Source: Girardia tigrina (lineage: Eukaryota). Taken from it: DNA of 64,000 nt. A program made the position numbers and the translations under genes. Shown here in pieces: positions 12,950-24,789 of this stretch (positions are counted from its first letter, which is position 1; the number at the start of each line of letters is the position of its first letter). The notes under the pieces were generated by a model that was given only the letters and a program-made list of their open reading frames with translations, was not told where the DNA came from and did not search any database. The DNA lies in NCBI GenBank assembly GCA_001938485.1, contig MQRK01233587.1, positions 1 through 64,000 on the forward strand, written 5' to 3'.

Positions 12950-13544
12950 AAAACTCTGCGATTGAGTCCCTTACTGCTGGTGAACTTGACGATGTCGACA
13001 ATCCTGACGGCAAACTGCTGCTTGGTCTCCATGTGAACGCACTGGTGCACCACAATGAATGGACCAAGAATTTTGATCACTACGAGTCCTTGACTTTTGC
13101 TTGTAGAAAGGTCATGCTAAATACAACTGTACTGCTTCACACCCTCCAGGTAAGGGTGTATCGAAACTTGGTCAAAGCATAATACAAGTATTCTGACAAA
13201 TCTAATCATCCTGCGAAAGACTATTAGAAACATTGTGATAGCGTGCTCGATATCCAATGTCAAATATTCTTCGGCTCAATGGGCATTTCATAGAGATGGA
13301 AGATGCCCATGGATCTGCAGACTTAACTGGATCGATATTTAGAGAGGATGAAGTACCCATGTACTCCATACTGACCATGGAAGAACCAGACAGTATGGAG
13401 GAGCCCCAAGTGGAAACAGGTGCAGAAGATTTCGATCCAATAGTCCTCGATGAGTTGCTCAAGTCATATGTAAACAGAATTCAGCAAATTGACTATGAGG
13501 ACAAGTATCCATCCTCTGATGAAAAAACATCAGAAGATGAGTGA
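12950..13544 (+). pseudogene. Unidentified degraded coding sequence with an acidic C-terminus
   Basis: GC-elevated; open stretches [14 protein letters not shown]...HTLQ and ORF 13257..13544; no motif recognised. Confidence 0.3.
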
Positions 13545-13574
13545 GAGTCACTGATTTTGTACAAATGTAAGTGT

Positions 13575-14118
13575 TTATCCAAAGGGACACTGCCGAACGA
13601 ACTCATTCTTGGCATGAAAACAACGAGACTGTCTCCAGGCCTCAGACCGGCTGCGTATATCATGCCACAGATTTTACCGCCATCGGTTTCACCGCCAAAA
13701 ATTTTATGCAGTCTAATGAGGATTGTTAGGATTATGATAACTTGAATATTCGTCGGACACACTTTTCTTTGAGGGCATTTACAACATCGGTACTCAAACC
13801 CAAATCCGAAAACCTGCATTTCGTCAAGTCCCATGCCGGCAATTTCGAGATTGAATTAATCATATATCGATTGTCCCACTTAAGTTTGGGGGTTGTAGGA
13901 TCGAAATTCAGTCTGCGATTTTTGCATGAAATCATTGGAGGATTTTCTGATTTGTGATATTATTATTGATATTTTGATGTTATTGATATTATTTAGATAT
14001 TATTGATGTTATTTTCCAGAAAATACGATAGATTGATTATTTGTTGAAAATGAGCGTAAAATTCGAGGACTAAGTTGTCGATTGTCTCATTGGATTTGTC
14101 GATAATGGTATCGGACAT
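13575..14118 (-). pseudogene. DEAD-box RNA helicase 5' fragment, DDX28-like, frameshifted
   Basis: Q motif FSDLGLSTDVVNAL..PTNIQ, degenerate motif I GETDGGK, motif Ia-like P..EFVRQ, upstream PMISCKNRRLN segment resembling DDX28. Confidence 0.65.
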
Positions 14119-14559
14119 GGAAAAAGAAACGAAATTACTTATTTTTTAAAAGATAAATTGATTTGTTACAATAGCAAAAAATTGATATTTGAAAAATTTC
14201 AATTAAAATCAATAAATTTATTTTGCTTAATTTTCGAATACAACGCATCAATTAATAAAGCAAAACGCAAAATTAATATATTTAAAGTTTTCATTGATTA
14301 AAAATCAGTTTTTAAATTTTAATTGAATTAAAATTTTTTAATGTAAGCCTGGATTTTTCCAGCTCAAAAATTTCAGGGATCGCAAATCCAATTAAGACAT
14401 TTTAAATAATTATAAAATCAAAAATTAAACTAAATATAACCTAGAAAAACTCTTAATTGGTTACTGCTGCTGATAAGATTTAGTGAACACTAGTTAATCC
14501 TCCTTTTTGAGATGTGGAGACATCATGTTTATTCAGATGTAGGCTTAATAGGAATGGCA

Positions 14560-16400
14560 AAAGAGGCATCAGATATTTGGATCCAAGATGTGAATGTGAC
14601 ACTGCGTTTCGCTATATGATTGACAGGAATGTCGCAGTTGTCATCAACAATATGCACGGTTTTAACTTGCAGAAGTTGACCGTCCTATAAGTGCCATTGT
14701 AATTGATCGTTGCAGTATTGTTGTCCGGATGGAACTGCAAGACTCGATGAGGGCCAGTGTATCGAGTTTAGAGCGATATCGGGTACTCTGGGATCAACCA
14801 GACGAACTTTGCTGAGAGCAATTCGCGGGGTACGTGCATTCTGTACGCACCCTGTTTTGGTGGTGAGGTGTCCAAATTCTTGAAATGCTGCCGAGCCAAT
14901 TCCAACAATCAGAAGAAAAGTTCATTCACTATGGAAGTGTTTGAACCAAACAGCATTTGCGACGGAGAAGTTCCTTGGCGACTGCTTGGAATGTTTCTCC
15001 ACCCCAGTAGAATAAATGACAGCTGTTTTATCCAGTTATGATTGATGGACATGGTTCTAGGACAAGGAATTCTTCAATGTCCAGTGAAATCTTTCAACGA
15101 GACTGTTCGATCGTAAATGAAATGCTGTCATTTTGATGCACTGAGTGCCGAGTCGCTGTAATAGATTGGTAAACAGCGTGGACTCAAATTGGCGAGCTTG
15201 GTCCGTGATTATACGCTTCGGCACACCAAATCTGGTTATCCAATTGTTGACAAATATCTCAACAATTGTTTCGGTGGTTATGTTCCTCATCGGAAACGCC
15301 TCTGGCCAACGAGAGTTCCAATCAATGATCTTCAGGAGATAAGTATAGCCATTACATGGTGGAAGCGGACCAACGATATCCATATGTATGATATCGAAAC
15401 GACTGCCTATCGGAAAGCTGAGAGTTTACGGCTTTGTATGCCTTGTCACTTTGTTGGCTTGGCCCTGGAGACAAGCTGTGCTCCATAACTTGACATCGCG
15501 GCGAATGAACGGCCACACAACTTTGGTGTGCAAAAGCTCATATGTTGCTTTGGAGCCGGAGTGAGCTATGGAATGGACTGCCTTGAAAGCATCCACACGA
15601 AGGTGTTCGTCTAGAACTGGACGAGGACAGCCTGCGATGGAGGTGTAGTAGAAAATATGTCTGCGTGTAGTGGGTTTCTCCTTGAAAAGAGACAGGTCCT
15701 TATCTGACGGTGGATTGACTTCCAAAGCTTCCTGGGAAAGATATGGCTGGAACTCCAATGCTGCCAGTTATAGCCGAGAGATGCGATCCGCTACAACATT
15801 GTCGGCGCGAGAAATGAATCTGACTTCAATATCAAACTGAGACAGGTAACTGATGTGTCTTTGTTTGCGTGGTGATGGATTCTTCATGTGGAAAATCTGT
15901 AGTAGAGGCTTGTGGTCAGTGTACACCGTTGAGGAACGTCCGATGAGCGTGTACTCAAAGTACTTCACAGACAAGAACAATCCGAGTAGCTCTCGATCAA
16001 AGGTAGAATACCTTATCTGAGTCGAAGAAAGCTTGTGCGAGTAGAATTCAAAAGGCTCTGGATTGTTGTCTCGCACTTGCATAAGTACAGCTCCGATTGC
16101 AATATTCGATGCGTTCGTTGTCAATGTAAGTGGAAGCGAGTTATCTGGATATCGTAACGATGTCATTGATATGATATCCTGCTTGATCAGCACAAATGCG
16201 GAATTTGCTTCCTGGGACCACGTCACACGCTTCTTCTTGGGTCCAGATGAGATGTCTGTGAGCGCCGCCAATGTACAGGAGAGAATCTGCCAGAATCTAA
16301 TGCAATAATTTACCATTCCCAAAAAGCTGCATATCGCAGTGACTGTTTCTGGTTTTGGGAAGTCCCTGGTGGCTTTGGTGCGCTTTTCTAGTGGACTGAT
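14560..16400 (-). mobile_element. Ty3/Gypsy pol relic (RT C-terminus, RNase H, integrase)
   Basis: SFLGMVNY, LTTNASNIAIGAVL, YSTFDRELL, TDHKPL, NVVADRISR, H-H-C-C zinc region, MDIVGPLP, IITDQARQFES, VERFH, GPHRV. Confidence 0.92.
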
Positions 16401-16861
16401 AGTAGTAGGAAAAAGGTACAAGACAGCCCCAAACAACATTTTATGCTTTTTTCCTACACCACTAAAATCCTTCTAATTCCTTCCTTTTTTTATAAAAAAG
16501 GATGAAATCCTATAATTATTTATCAATAAATTTGAGTTTGGAAAAAGCACATTTTTTATAAAAAGATCGCTTTTAAACGGTCTCATTCAGTTTAGACTTC
16601 TATATTAATGTGTAATGTATAATGTATAATGTAGAAATGTGAAACTATTAAATGCGATATATAAAAATGTTAACATAGTTCGAAATTCCTTATCTAGAAA
16701 TGGGGAAAATATATTATGATAAATCTGTTACTAAAAATAGTTTTGTTACTAAAAATAGAGTATTCTATAGAAGACTTTTTGATATATATCGTGAAATACG
16801 TATTAGTTTTTGATTTTACAAATTGTTTTATTTTTACAATTTGTTTTGTATTATATTAAAA

Positions 16862-18131
16862 ATGAATAAGCATTTATGTGAAACATGTTTAAAATATATT
16901 TCTAAATCTAACAAATCACACCATGAAAAAACTCAAATACATGCTAAAAATCTATCTCAAAAACAAGGTGGAGATCTTCAAACAACTTCATCAAAATTAC
17001 CAGACTTTCCATGGTCAAAATATAAAGGTGAACATCATCTGCCAAAGCATTCACATGCAGGCTCAGGAACACGTTTAGATATTCGATTAGATGAAATGAT
17101 AAACCAAAACCAGGAGAAGAACCTATAAATCGTATTGATGAAGCAGCTCTAAAACATAATATTGCTTACAGAGATGAAGATATTCATTCAAGACGAAAAG
17201 CAGATATTGATATAATTCAAAATTTAAATGAAATTAATAAACCAACACTTGGAGAAAGGATTGGAAGAACAATTTTAAAAACTGCAATGAAAGGAAAAAA
17301 TATGTTTGGCGAAGCTAATGAATTGCTAGCTCAAGAATTACATAAAGAATACAGAAAACCTAAAATATTTTTAAAAGTTAAAGTTTTTAATAAAGATGAT
17401 ATTTGGGGAGTAGATTTAGTTGAAATGAAAAAAGAAGAAGATTATAAATATATTTAACAGTTATAGATTTATATACAAAATATACATGGGCGTTTTCTTT
17501 AAAAAACAAAACAGGAAATACTATTAAAACTGCTTTTGAAAACCTATTTGAAAGTGACCAAAGAATTCCTAAAAAACTATATGTTCATCATGGAAGTGAA
17601 TTTTATAATAAAACATTTTTAGACTTTTTAAAACTAAAGCAGATAGAAATTTATTCAACTTTTAATCAACCTGATGACAGAAGTCAAGCACCATCTCATA
17701 ATCCGGTTATAAAAAGATTTAATAGAACTTTAAAAACATTTATGTGGAAAGAATTTACAATTCAAGAAAATCAGAAATGGTTAAAAATATTACCTAAACT
17801 ATTAAATTATTATAATCAAAAAGTTCGTAGAACAATAGGAGTTTCACCTGAAGAAGCAAATGATAATCCTGAAATAATAAAAGATAAAATAACAGATAAT
17901 GAAAATGAAAATATAAAAGATATTCAAAAATTTAATATTGGTTATCATGTTAGAATTTTTAAATGAAAAAATAAATTTGAAAAAGGTTTTACTCATAAAT
18001 GATCTAAAGAAGTATTTGTAATAAGTGAAGTTCATAAAACAAAACCTATAGTTTATTCAATTATCGATCTAAATGGTGAAGTAATAAAAGGAAGATTTTA
18101 TACAAATGAATTGCAAAAATCATCTTTCTAA
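16862..18131 (+). pseudogene. Zn finger + parvovirus-type phospholipase A2 + Maverick integrase (frameshifts and late stops)
   Basis: CETC..HEKTQIH; EHHLPKHSHAGSGTRL..RL..PINRIDEAALKHNIAY..RRKAD; then in frame LAQELHK..DIWGVDL..TVIDLYTKY..GSEFYN..KRFNRTLK..YN...RTIGVSP..GRFYTNELQK. Confidence 0.88.
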
Positions 18132-18158
18132 AATTATAATTTTTAAACATATATAAAA

Positions 18159-18389
18159 ATGGAGACACGAGAATGTATAGATTGTAACATATCTATCTTT
18201 TGGATTCGAGGAAATGATGCTCCTCCATTATGTGGAGAATGTTTTTTAAAACGGAAAACGCCTTCTCAGAATGGTTCTGTGGATCCGTATATTGCAGCCA
18301 TGTTCCACGAAATGGTTGCGAGTGCTCGGAGGATGTTAGAAAAACAAAACGAGAAACCAGTAGGTTCATTTAAATCATTTCAACAGTAA
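18159..18389 (+). CDS. Small Polinton ORF with a CxxC-CxxC zinc ribbon
   Basis: Intact 76-aa ORF, AAAATG start context, CIDC...CGEC. Confidence 0.5.
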   Translation: METRECIDCNISIFWIRGNDAPPLCGECFLKRKTPSQNGSVDPYIAAMFHEMVASARRMLEKQNEKPVGSFKSFQQ

Positions 18390-19669
18390 ACATCTTTCCA
18401 TTCTTGATCATGATTTTACAATGTTTTTCTTCGAACTTTATTTATTTTAAAGCTTTCGCTTTAAAGTTACTTGTTTTTGAAATATGAACTGTGATATCAC
18501 ATCCATTGACAGATAGTTTTTCATCTTGAGCAGAAACATAAAAACAGAATATTGAATACAGATTTTTAAAATCACGAATATTTAATGGAGCTGCTTCAAC
18601 TTGAAATTCTGTACACATTTTCAGATAAGCAAGATATGGTTACATTTGATAATTCTTTGCTGAATCAAATTCCATTTTATTGATTGGATAATAAGAGTTA
18701 TTAATTTATACTCTTAAACTTGTGATTTGATTAGCACCATCTTTTGGTATAAATAATGAATTATTTTTCTCTATTGAAGTAGTTAAATCTTTGAAAGCTA
18801 TTAAAACATATCTTGGTCTAGAATTGGTTAAACTCACTTTCCAACTTACATTTGTACTTCCAGCTGTAAGGTCATTTGTTGTACTATTTCTATTTAGGAA
18901 ATTTACTGAAATTGGTTTATCTTTATTTAATCTTTCTAAAAAAGCAACTTCACTTTTCGGATTAACTGTTAATTCAGGAATCCATAACTCTAATGATTTG
19001 ATTTCAACTTTTCCTGTTGGTGCTACTGGAGCTGTTTCAGTTACACCTGTTCCATATAAAATATCCGCATCATTTAGTTTTCTATTTAAAATAATATTTA
19101 TCGATAATAGAAATATAACTCTATGATAATTTTCTAAGAATACAAACAATTTATTTAACGGGAATCTTCCTTCTGATTGATGTGGTTTATCAGCTTTTAA
19201 TTTTTCTTCGTCATTGTATAATTCTTTTCTTGTTTTAAAACCATTACTTCCCGTAGTTCCTTTTCCTACATCTGGAATTCATCCAATAGATTCTCCTTTT
19301 GAAGATGCTCCATTTAACATTACAAAATTTAACATACCTGAAAACTCACCACAGTTATTTATATTTTCAACTTCTGATGAACCATGTTGCATCCTCATGT
19401 TTTCAAGCATTCTTGGAAAGAAGTTATTTTTGAGTGTAACATTTAAATTAGCAACAAATCCAGATAACTTAAGTTTGTAATAAAAGAATGCGTCACCTAA
19501 ATTCAAAGGATTACTTGTTTGATTTATTTGAAATTTGATATCGCCATTTTTATTTAAATTAGTTGAAGAATCGACACTAGCGGAAACTCTTAAATAATCT
19601 TCTTTTTTTTAAATTATGATCAAAATATGTTGTTTTATCTAATTTGAACAATTTCCATTCTTCTTCCAT
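18370..19669 (-). pseudogene. Polinton/adintovirus major capsid protein (double jelly-roll, hexon-like), disrupted
   Basis: NLNKNGDIKFQI, VTLKNNFF, ENINNCGEFSGML, PLNKLFVFLENYHRVI, LELWIP, RPRYVLIAF, INNSYYP, DFKNLYSIFCFYVSAQDE follow the motif order of Polinton MCP. Confidence 0.8.
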
Positions 19670-19719
19670 TTTTAAGGTAAAGATTTTAATTTTTAATTTT
19701 TAATTTTAAACCAATAAGA

Positions 19720-20258
19720 ATGAGTGAAACTTTAGAACATGATCTTCATGAAATAATTAAATCTGGAATTCCAAAAGTTGTAACTATTGATGGGAAAAGA
19801 GTTTATATCAGTAAGAAAATAATTAAACTTTTAAATGAAAAAGAAAAAGAAGGTGGAATAATACCATTAGCAGCATTGATTCCACTAATTATGTCAGTTG
19901 TTGGCGGAGCTGCTGGAGCTGTTGGTGGAGTTACTGGAGTTGTGCAATCAGTTAAAGAAAGTAAAAAGCTGATGCTCAAAAGAAATTAGCTGAAGAAGAA
20001 CTTAAAAAGTTAAAAGATGAAGCAGCAAAGAAGGAAGTAAAGAAAGTTGAAAATAAGGAAGGCGAAGGTCCTTTTCTTGATCCTTATCAAGGTAGAGGAA
20101 TAGTTGATTATTTAAAAACTATCTTAAAAACTTCAAATGTTCAAAATCCAGAAAAGGAAAACCTTAAAAAAATCATTAAGAATTTGAAACAAGGTATCCA
20201 AATTAAACATTCAGGAAATGGTTTATTTTTAAATCCTTATAAACATAATGAATTTTAA
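19720..20258 (+). pseudogene. Polinton core protein with an adenovirus pX(mu)-like segment; one frameshift
   Basis: EGGIIPLAALIPLIMSVVGGAAGAVGGV resembles adenovirus pX GG-ILPLLIPLIAAAIGA; continues after a frameshift to EGEGPFLDPY..GNGLFLNPY. Confidence 0.65.
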
Positions 20259-20388
20259 TCAAAGTACTAGATACTTCAATCAAAAAGAGACTCGTACTTT
20301 TGACTACGAAAGACGATGGTCTATCGTAAGATATACGAGATGATTACCCGCTTAAAATTACTTAAATTATTATCTAAAAAAAGACAAA

Positions 20389-20988
20389 ATGTCAAACAAT
20401 CCTTCATTTTTACATTATAAAATGAGTAATACTAACACATTTACTGATACAATAAAATCATTAAATTCATTTTATAAAGTTGCTGTTTTGGATAAAGCTT
20501 TAAGTTTAAAATTAAACAATCCTAAAATGACAAAGAAAGAAGTTGCAAGTAATTTACATATTTCTGAACGAACATTACAAAGATATTCTGCTGATGTAAA
20601 TGAAGAGATGTTTAAAAAGCGAAAACAAAAAGCTGTTTATAGCCCAACTAAGTGTGACAATTGTTATTTTATATCAAAAATTAGATCGGGATTATCAGCC
20701 CATACAAGAATAAAACATGTAAATGAATATTTATCAAGTAGACAAAACTCAGACACAAGTGTTCATCGAGTTGATAAAAAACTGATAACAAGTCGAGACA
20801 AAGTTAACATGTATCAGCCAAACATGTCTGAAAACGATCTAAATGGATTCTACTCAAATACGGAAAATAACTGCAATTCATGTTCTTTTATAGCAAAAAA
20901 TAAGACTGGATTATCTTTTCATATAAGAAGTAAATATTCAGATACAGGTGGAAATGATGTTATTGACTTACCTAATAACATCGGTTGA
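20389..20988 (+). CDS. Polinton accessory protein: helix-turn-helix plus two C2H2-type zinc fingers
   Basis: MTKKEVASNLHISERTLQRY (HTH), CDNCYFISKIRSGLSAHTRIKH, CNSCSFIAKNKTGLSFHIRSKY; frame continues past the TGA to about 21045. Confidence 0.65.
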   Translation: MSNNPSFLHYKMSNTNTFTDTIKSLNSFYKVAVLDKALSLKLNNPKMTKKEVASNLHISERTLQRYSADVNEEMFKKRKQKAVYSPTKCDNCYFISKIRSGLSAHTRIKHVNEYLSSRQNSDTSVHRVDKKLITSRDKVNMYQPNMSENDLNGFYSNTENNCNSCSFIAKNKTGLSFHIRSKYSDTGGNDVIDLPNNIG

Positions 20989-22790
20989 TCTAAAACAAAT
21001 GAAGTAACTGATGAAGATGTAGCTAAATTATTAGAAGATATGTAAACTAAATTTTCAGCTACAAAATGAGTGAAATACTTGAACTAGCGAAAATAACTAC
21101 TTCTGTTCAAGAGAATATAAAAACTGAACTAATCTGGGTCGTGGATGGCCTCAGCGGTCATACGTACTCTTACACTATCAAGAATTGTCACATGGATTGC
21201 ATCGCGGTATCGATGATTGGAGATTTCGATATGCTGTGGGAATTTTGGGGCTCACGAACTGGTGAGATTCCTCTTTAATACCTCGCCATGATCCGAATTC
21301 TGCCTCCCATTGCCAGACATTCGCTGCAACGAAACCGCTTCGAGCGCTCCGTTACCTATATTTACATTAAATAAAAATCCATTAAACAAGTAGGGATGCT
21401 AAGTTAATCAAAGCCGACAATCAAATGGGGTTTCCTCAATCATGTTAATAAAAGAGGCTCGAAATATTTTTGTGGATCAATGCAATGCTTGGGATCGATA
21501 ATTTGTGCTAAAATCACTGAACAAAAACGGATTTAGTAATTAGAGCTCATGAAATGAATGAGCAAATGAAACAAAAACACTAAACATTGTAATGTATATA
21601 CAAGAAAAAACTTTATATTGAATCATGAAAATAATAATTTTGTTTTATTATTTCAAAGAAATATTAAAAGACTTGAATTTTCAAATTTCCAATCAGTCAG
21701 AATGGCGTACACTTTACTACGGCGTCTTCAAACGAACAGCCGATTTCACATCACTGCTCATTGAACAATATTGACTGAACGGTCCGGAGGCCAAACCTTG
21801 AATTTTATTTCTGCGAACAAACGAATATCGGACAAGAACAAGTCTGCCTGAAGTCTTATCTTGATTGGCTTTCTTATGTGAGCTTATGTGAGCATCATCT
21901 CATTAGTCAGTAAGGTAATGATTATCGAAAGCTCTTTCAGCGAGGACCGAGACCACAAGGTGACCGTCTTTGTTGTCAAATACAACATCGAGTATACCGA
22001 GAACGATTTCAATCCGAAATATTTTCAAGGTACCCAAAAACCATCTCATCCTTAGCAAATTAGAATACTAGGATTGTTTTACTTAATGCATTAAAAGTCT
22101 GTTCTAAGTTTACAAGGATGTAGATAAAAGAAACCTTACATTACTAGGTCAAGCTTCTGCATTTCTTTGAGTTGACTATTATCAGGTATGACGTTTAATT
22201 CAGAAGGATTAAAATTTAGGTGTTTTCTTATTCAGAATGGGTTATAAACTAAACCTTTTGATATTTCAGGCCTTGTGGGGAATAGAGAATTAAGATTTTA
22301 ATTGAGTAGAATTTTTTGGATGATCTCTATTGTAAGATTGATAAGACTCAACGTTTTGAGTTAATATTTACCACTTTTACTAGCAAAAGCTATTTCTATT
22401 CAGAAGTCTGCAATAAGTTTTATTCATTGATTAATTACATTTAGTTTCTATATTCCTGATAATATTTGCTGGATAAAGAGAAATAGAATTTTCGTCAATT
22501 TCTAGTTAATAAAATTAAGTCAATTGAAACAATTTTATTTCCTTTTATCTAAACAATGAGATGAAATAAAAATTGTTTCATGTCAGAATTGTTACAGTTT
22601 TAAAACGGATTAAAAGTAAACTGACTTCAAATATTGTTGGGGGTCTTTATTTGAATATACCGTACTGTTATTATACTTTTAATTATATATGAAAACAATT
22701 TGGGTAAAAACAATATATCATAATTTAAAAAATTTATATTTAGTTTTAATTATCTGATTGGTTCTTTATTGCAAAGTTAAAAGTATATTT

Positions 22791-23150
22791 CTATGAAATC
22801 ATCGGAGGATTTTCTGATTTGTGAAGATGATCGATATTATTGATGTTATTTTCCAGAAAATACGATAGATTGATTATTTGTTGAAAAAGAGCGTAAAATT
22901 CGAGAACTAAATTGTCGATTGTCTCATCGGATTTGTCGATATTTTTTCTGGACATGGAAAAAGAAACGAAATTATTTATTTTTTAAAAGATAAATTGATT
23001 TGTTTCAATTGAAAAAAATGGATATTTGAAAAAATTCAACTGAAATCAATAAATTTATTTTGCTTAATTTTCGAATACAACACATCAATTAATAAAACAA
23101 AACGCAAAATTAATATATTAAAAGTTTTCAATGATTAAAAATCAGTTTTT
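22791..23150 (-). repeat. Second copy of the DDX28-like 5' end and its upstream region (duplicate of about 13925..14310)
   Basis: Near-identical sequence; ATG at 22955 reads MSRKNIDKSDETIDNLVLEFY...SENPPMIS*. Confidence 0.8.
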
Positions 23151-24789
23151 TTCTTTTATTAAGGCCTCAGAATCACTAATCAATTTCGATGTCCTTTTTT
23201 TGTTTCGTTACTATGTAGTCATTATTATTTTTTTTTATTTTGACTATATAATGTTTTTATTATTTATTCATTTTTTTATTTTTTTCTTTTCTTTTGTTTT
23301 TTGTGATATATAATACAACGATAAATACACAATTCTCAAATCAAATAATCATCGAATGTGAATTGTCTTCTATCATTGAAAGATCCTCCCATTTTTTCTT
23401 AAGAAAGCCCAGTCGGCACTCCCCACAGACGACACTGTGAGAAAAACCTGTTAAAATTTTGGCGAGTTCGTAAATTTTGAATTTTAAAAACGCAACATTT
23501 AAAACATATTAAGATATTTCAGTAAAAATTAATATTTGTTGTGAGGAATATTTTTGAATGGTGTTTATTGTGTGTTGTTTGGTATGTTGTTTTAGGATTG
23601 TGTTTCTCCCACCCAGATGGAAGATTGATATTTTAAAACGTCGAGTTGTTTAATCAATTATTAAAATTTAAATAATCACTTTAAAATTAAATTAATATTT
23701 CATAAATAATAATAATTTTCGTAAAATGAATAAAAATTATTTCAAATTTAAAGTATAAATTAGTTTTGTAATAATTAAATTGTAATTTAAATTTGTTTGA
23801 ATAATAAGATGTTAAAGGATATTATTAAAGATTATCAATCAAGAACGATGACGAGCTACGCAAGTTTTACGGAGAATTGTTCTAGTGGCAATTCAAATTG
23901 TGATATAAATAAATGTAAAGAAAACCCAATTAATGTTCTTAATATTTGTAAAAATATATAATACTTCATTAAAACAGATTTTCAAAGTGGTTGTTGAAAA
24001 AATTTATTTTAATTAAAATTAAATAGCTTTTAAAATAATTCAATTAAAATCATAAAATGTTTAATCATAAATTAAAAATTAAAGTAAAATTTATCTTAAT
24101 AAAAAAATGAAATTTAATGTTTAAAATAGAAATAAAATTTAAGGGAAAAATGTGACAAATAATAAAATTAATTTAAAAATTATAAAAACCAATTTATACA
24201 ATTAAACAAAAGCTTATATNNNNNNNNNNNNNNNNNNNNNNNNNNNNNNNNNNNNNNNNNNNNNNNNNNNNNNNNNNNNNNNNNNNNNNNNNNNNNNNNN
24301 NNNNNNNNNNNNNNNNNNNNNNNNNNNNNNNNNNNNNNNNNNNNNNNNNNNNNNNNNNNNNNNNNNNNNNNNNNNNNNNNNNNNNNNNNNNNNNNNNNNN
24401 NNNNNNNNNNNNNNNNNNNNNNNNNNNNNNNNNNNNNNNNNNNNNNNNNNNNNNNNNNNNNNNNNNNNNNNNNNNNNNNNNTCTAATATTTATTTATTAA
24501 TATACAATCATTTCTTTATTGATTATAAAATCATTTCAAAAATTTACCTTACAGCGTTAGTGAGGCAGTGAGTGACTTGGGCTTTTATAAGATAAGATAT
24601 ATAACTTTTATTTATAGATGGTTCTTGCAAACTAAAAATATTGTTCCTCAAAAATTTGTTTAAAAAGTAGTTAAATGTTATAGAAATAAATGTTAGTGTT
24701 CTAAATTCTGTTATTGATCACGAATCTAACACAATCGATGCTCGGTATCAGTCTGCGCAGCCGCAATCCGTCCAACGATTCCCCATTTA

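Larger units (their letters stand above)
16401..21130. mobile_element. Left arm of a Polinton/Maverick (adintovirus-like) element, decayed and truncated
   Basis: Begins AGTAGTAG exactly where the Gypsy pol stops; carries integrase, capsid, PLA2 and pX-like genes; no pPolB, ATPase or protease seen in the window. Confidence 0.88.

Noticed and set aside
16400-16439. Start of ORF 15768..16439 as a real N-terminus
   Set aside because: The first 13 codons are read-through from the Polinton terminus, not Gypsy sequence.
21096-21107. ACTACT as the Polinton right terminus with flank TCTGTT versus ACTGAT
   Set aside because: Only 6 bp mirror the left end, there is no extended TIR, the TSD matches 4/6 and the Gypsy does not resume.
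23131-23313. Hydrophobic membrane-protein ORF
   Set aside because: Artefact of T-rich low-complexity DNA.
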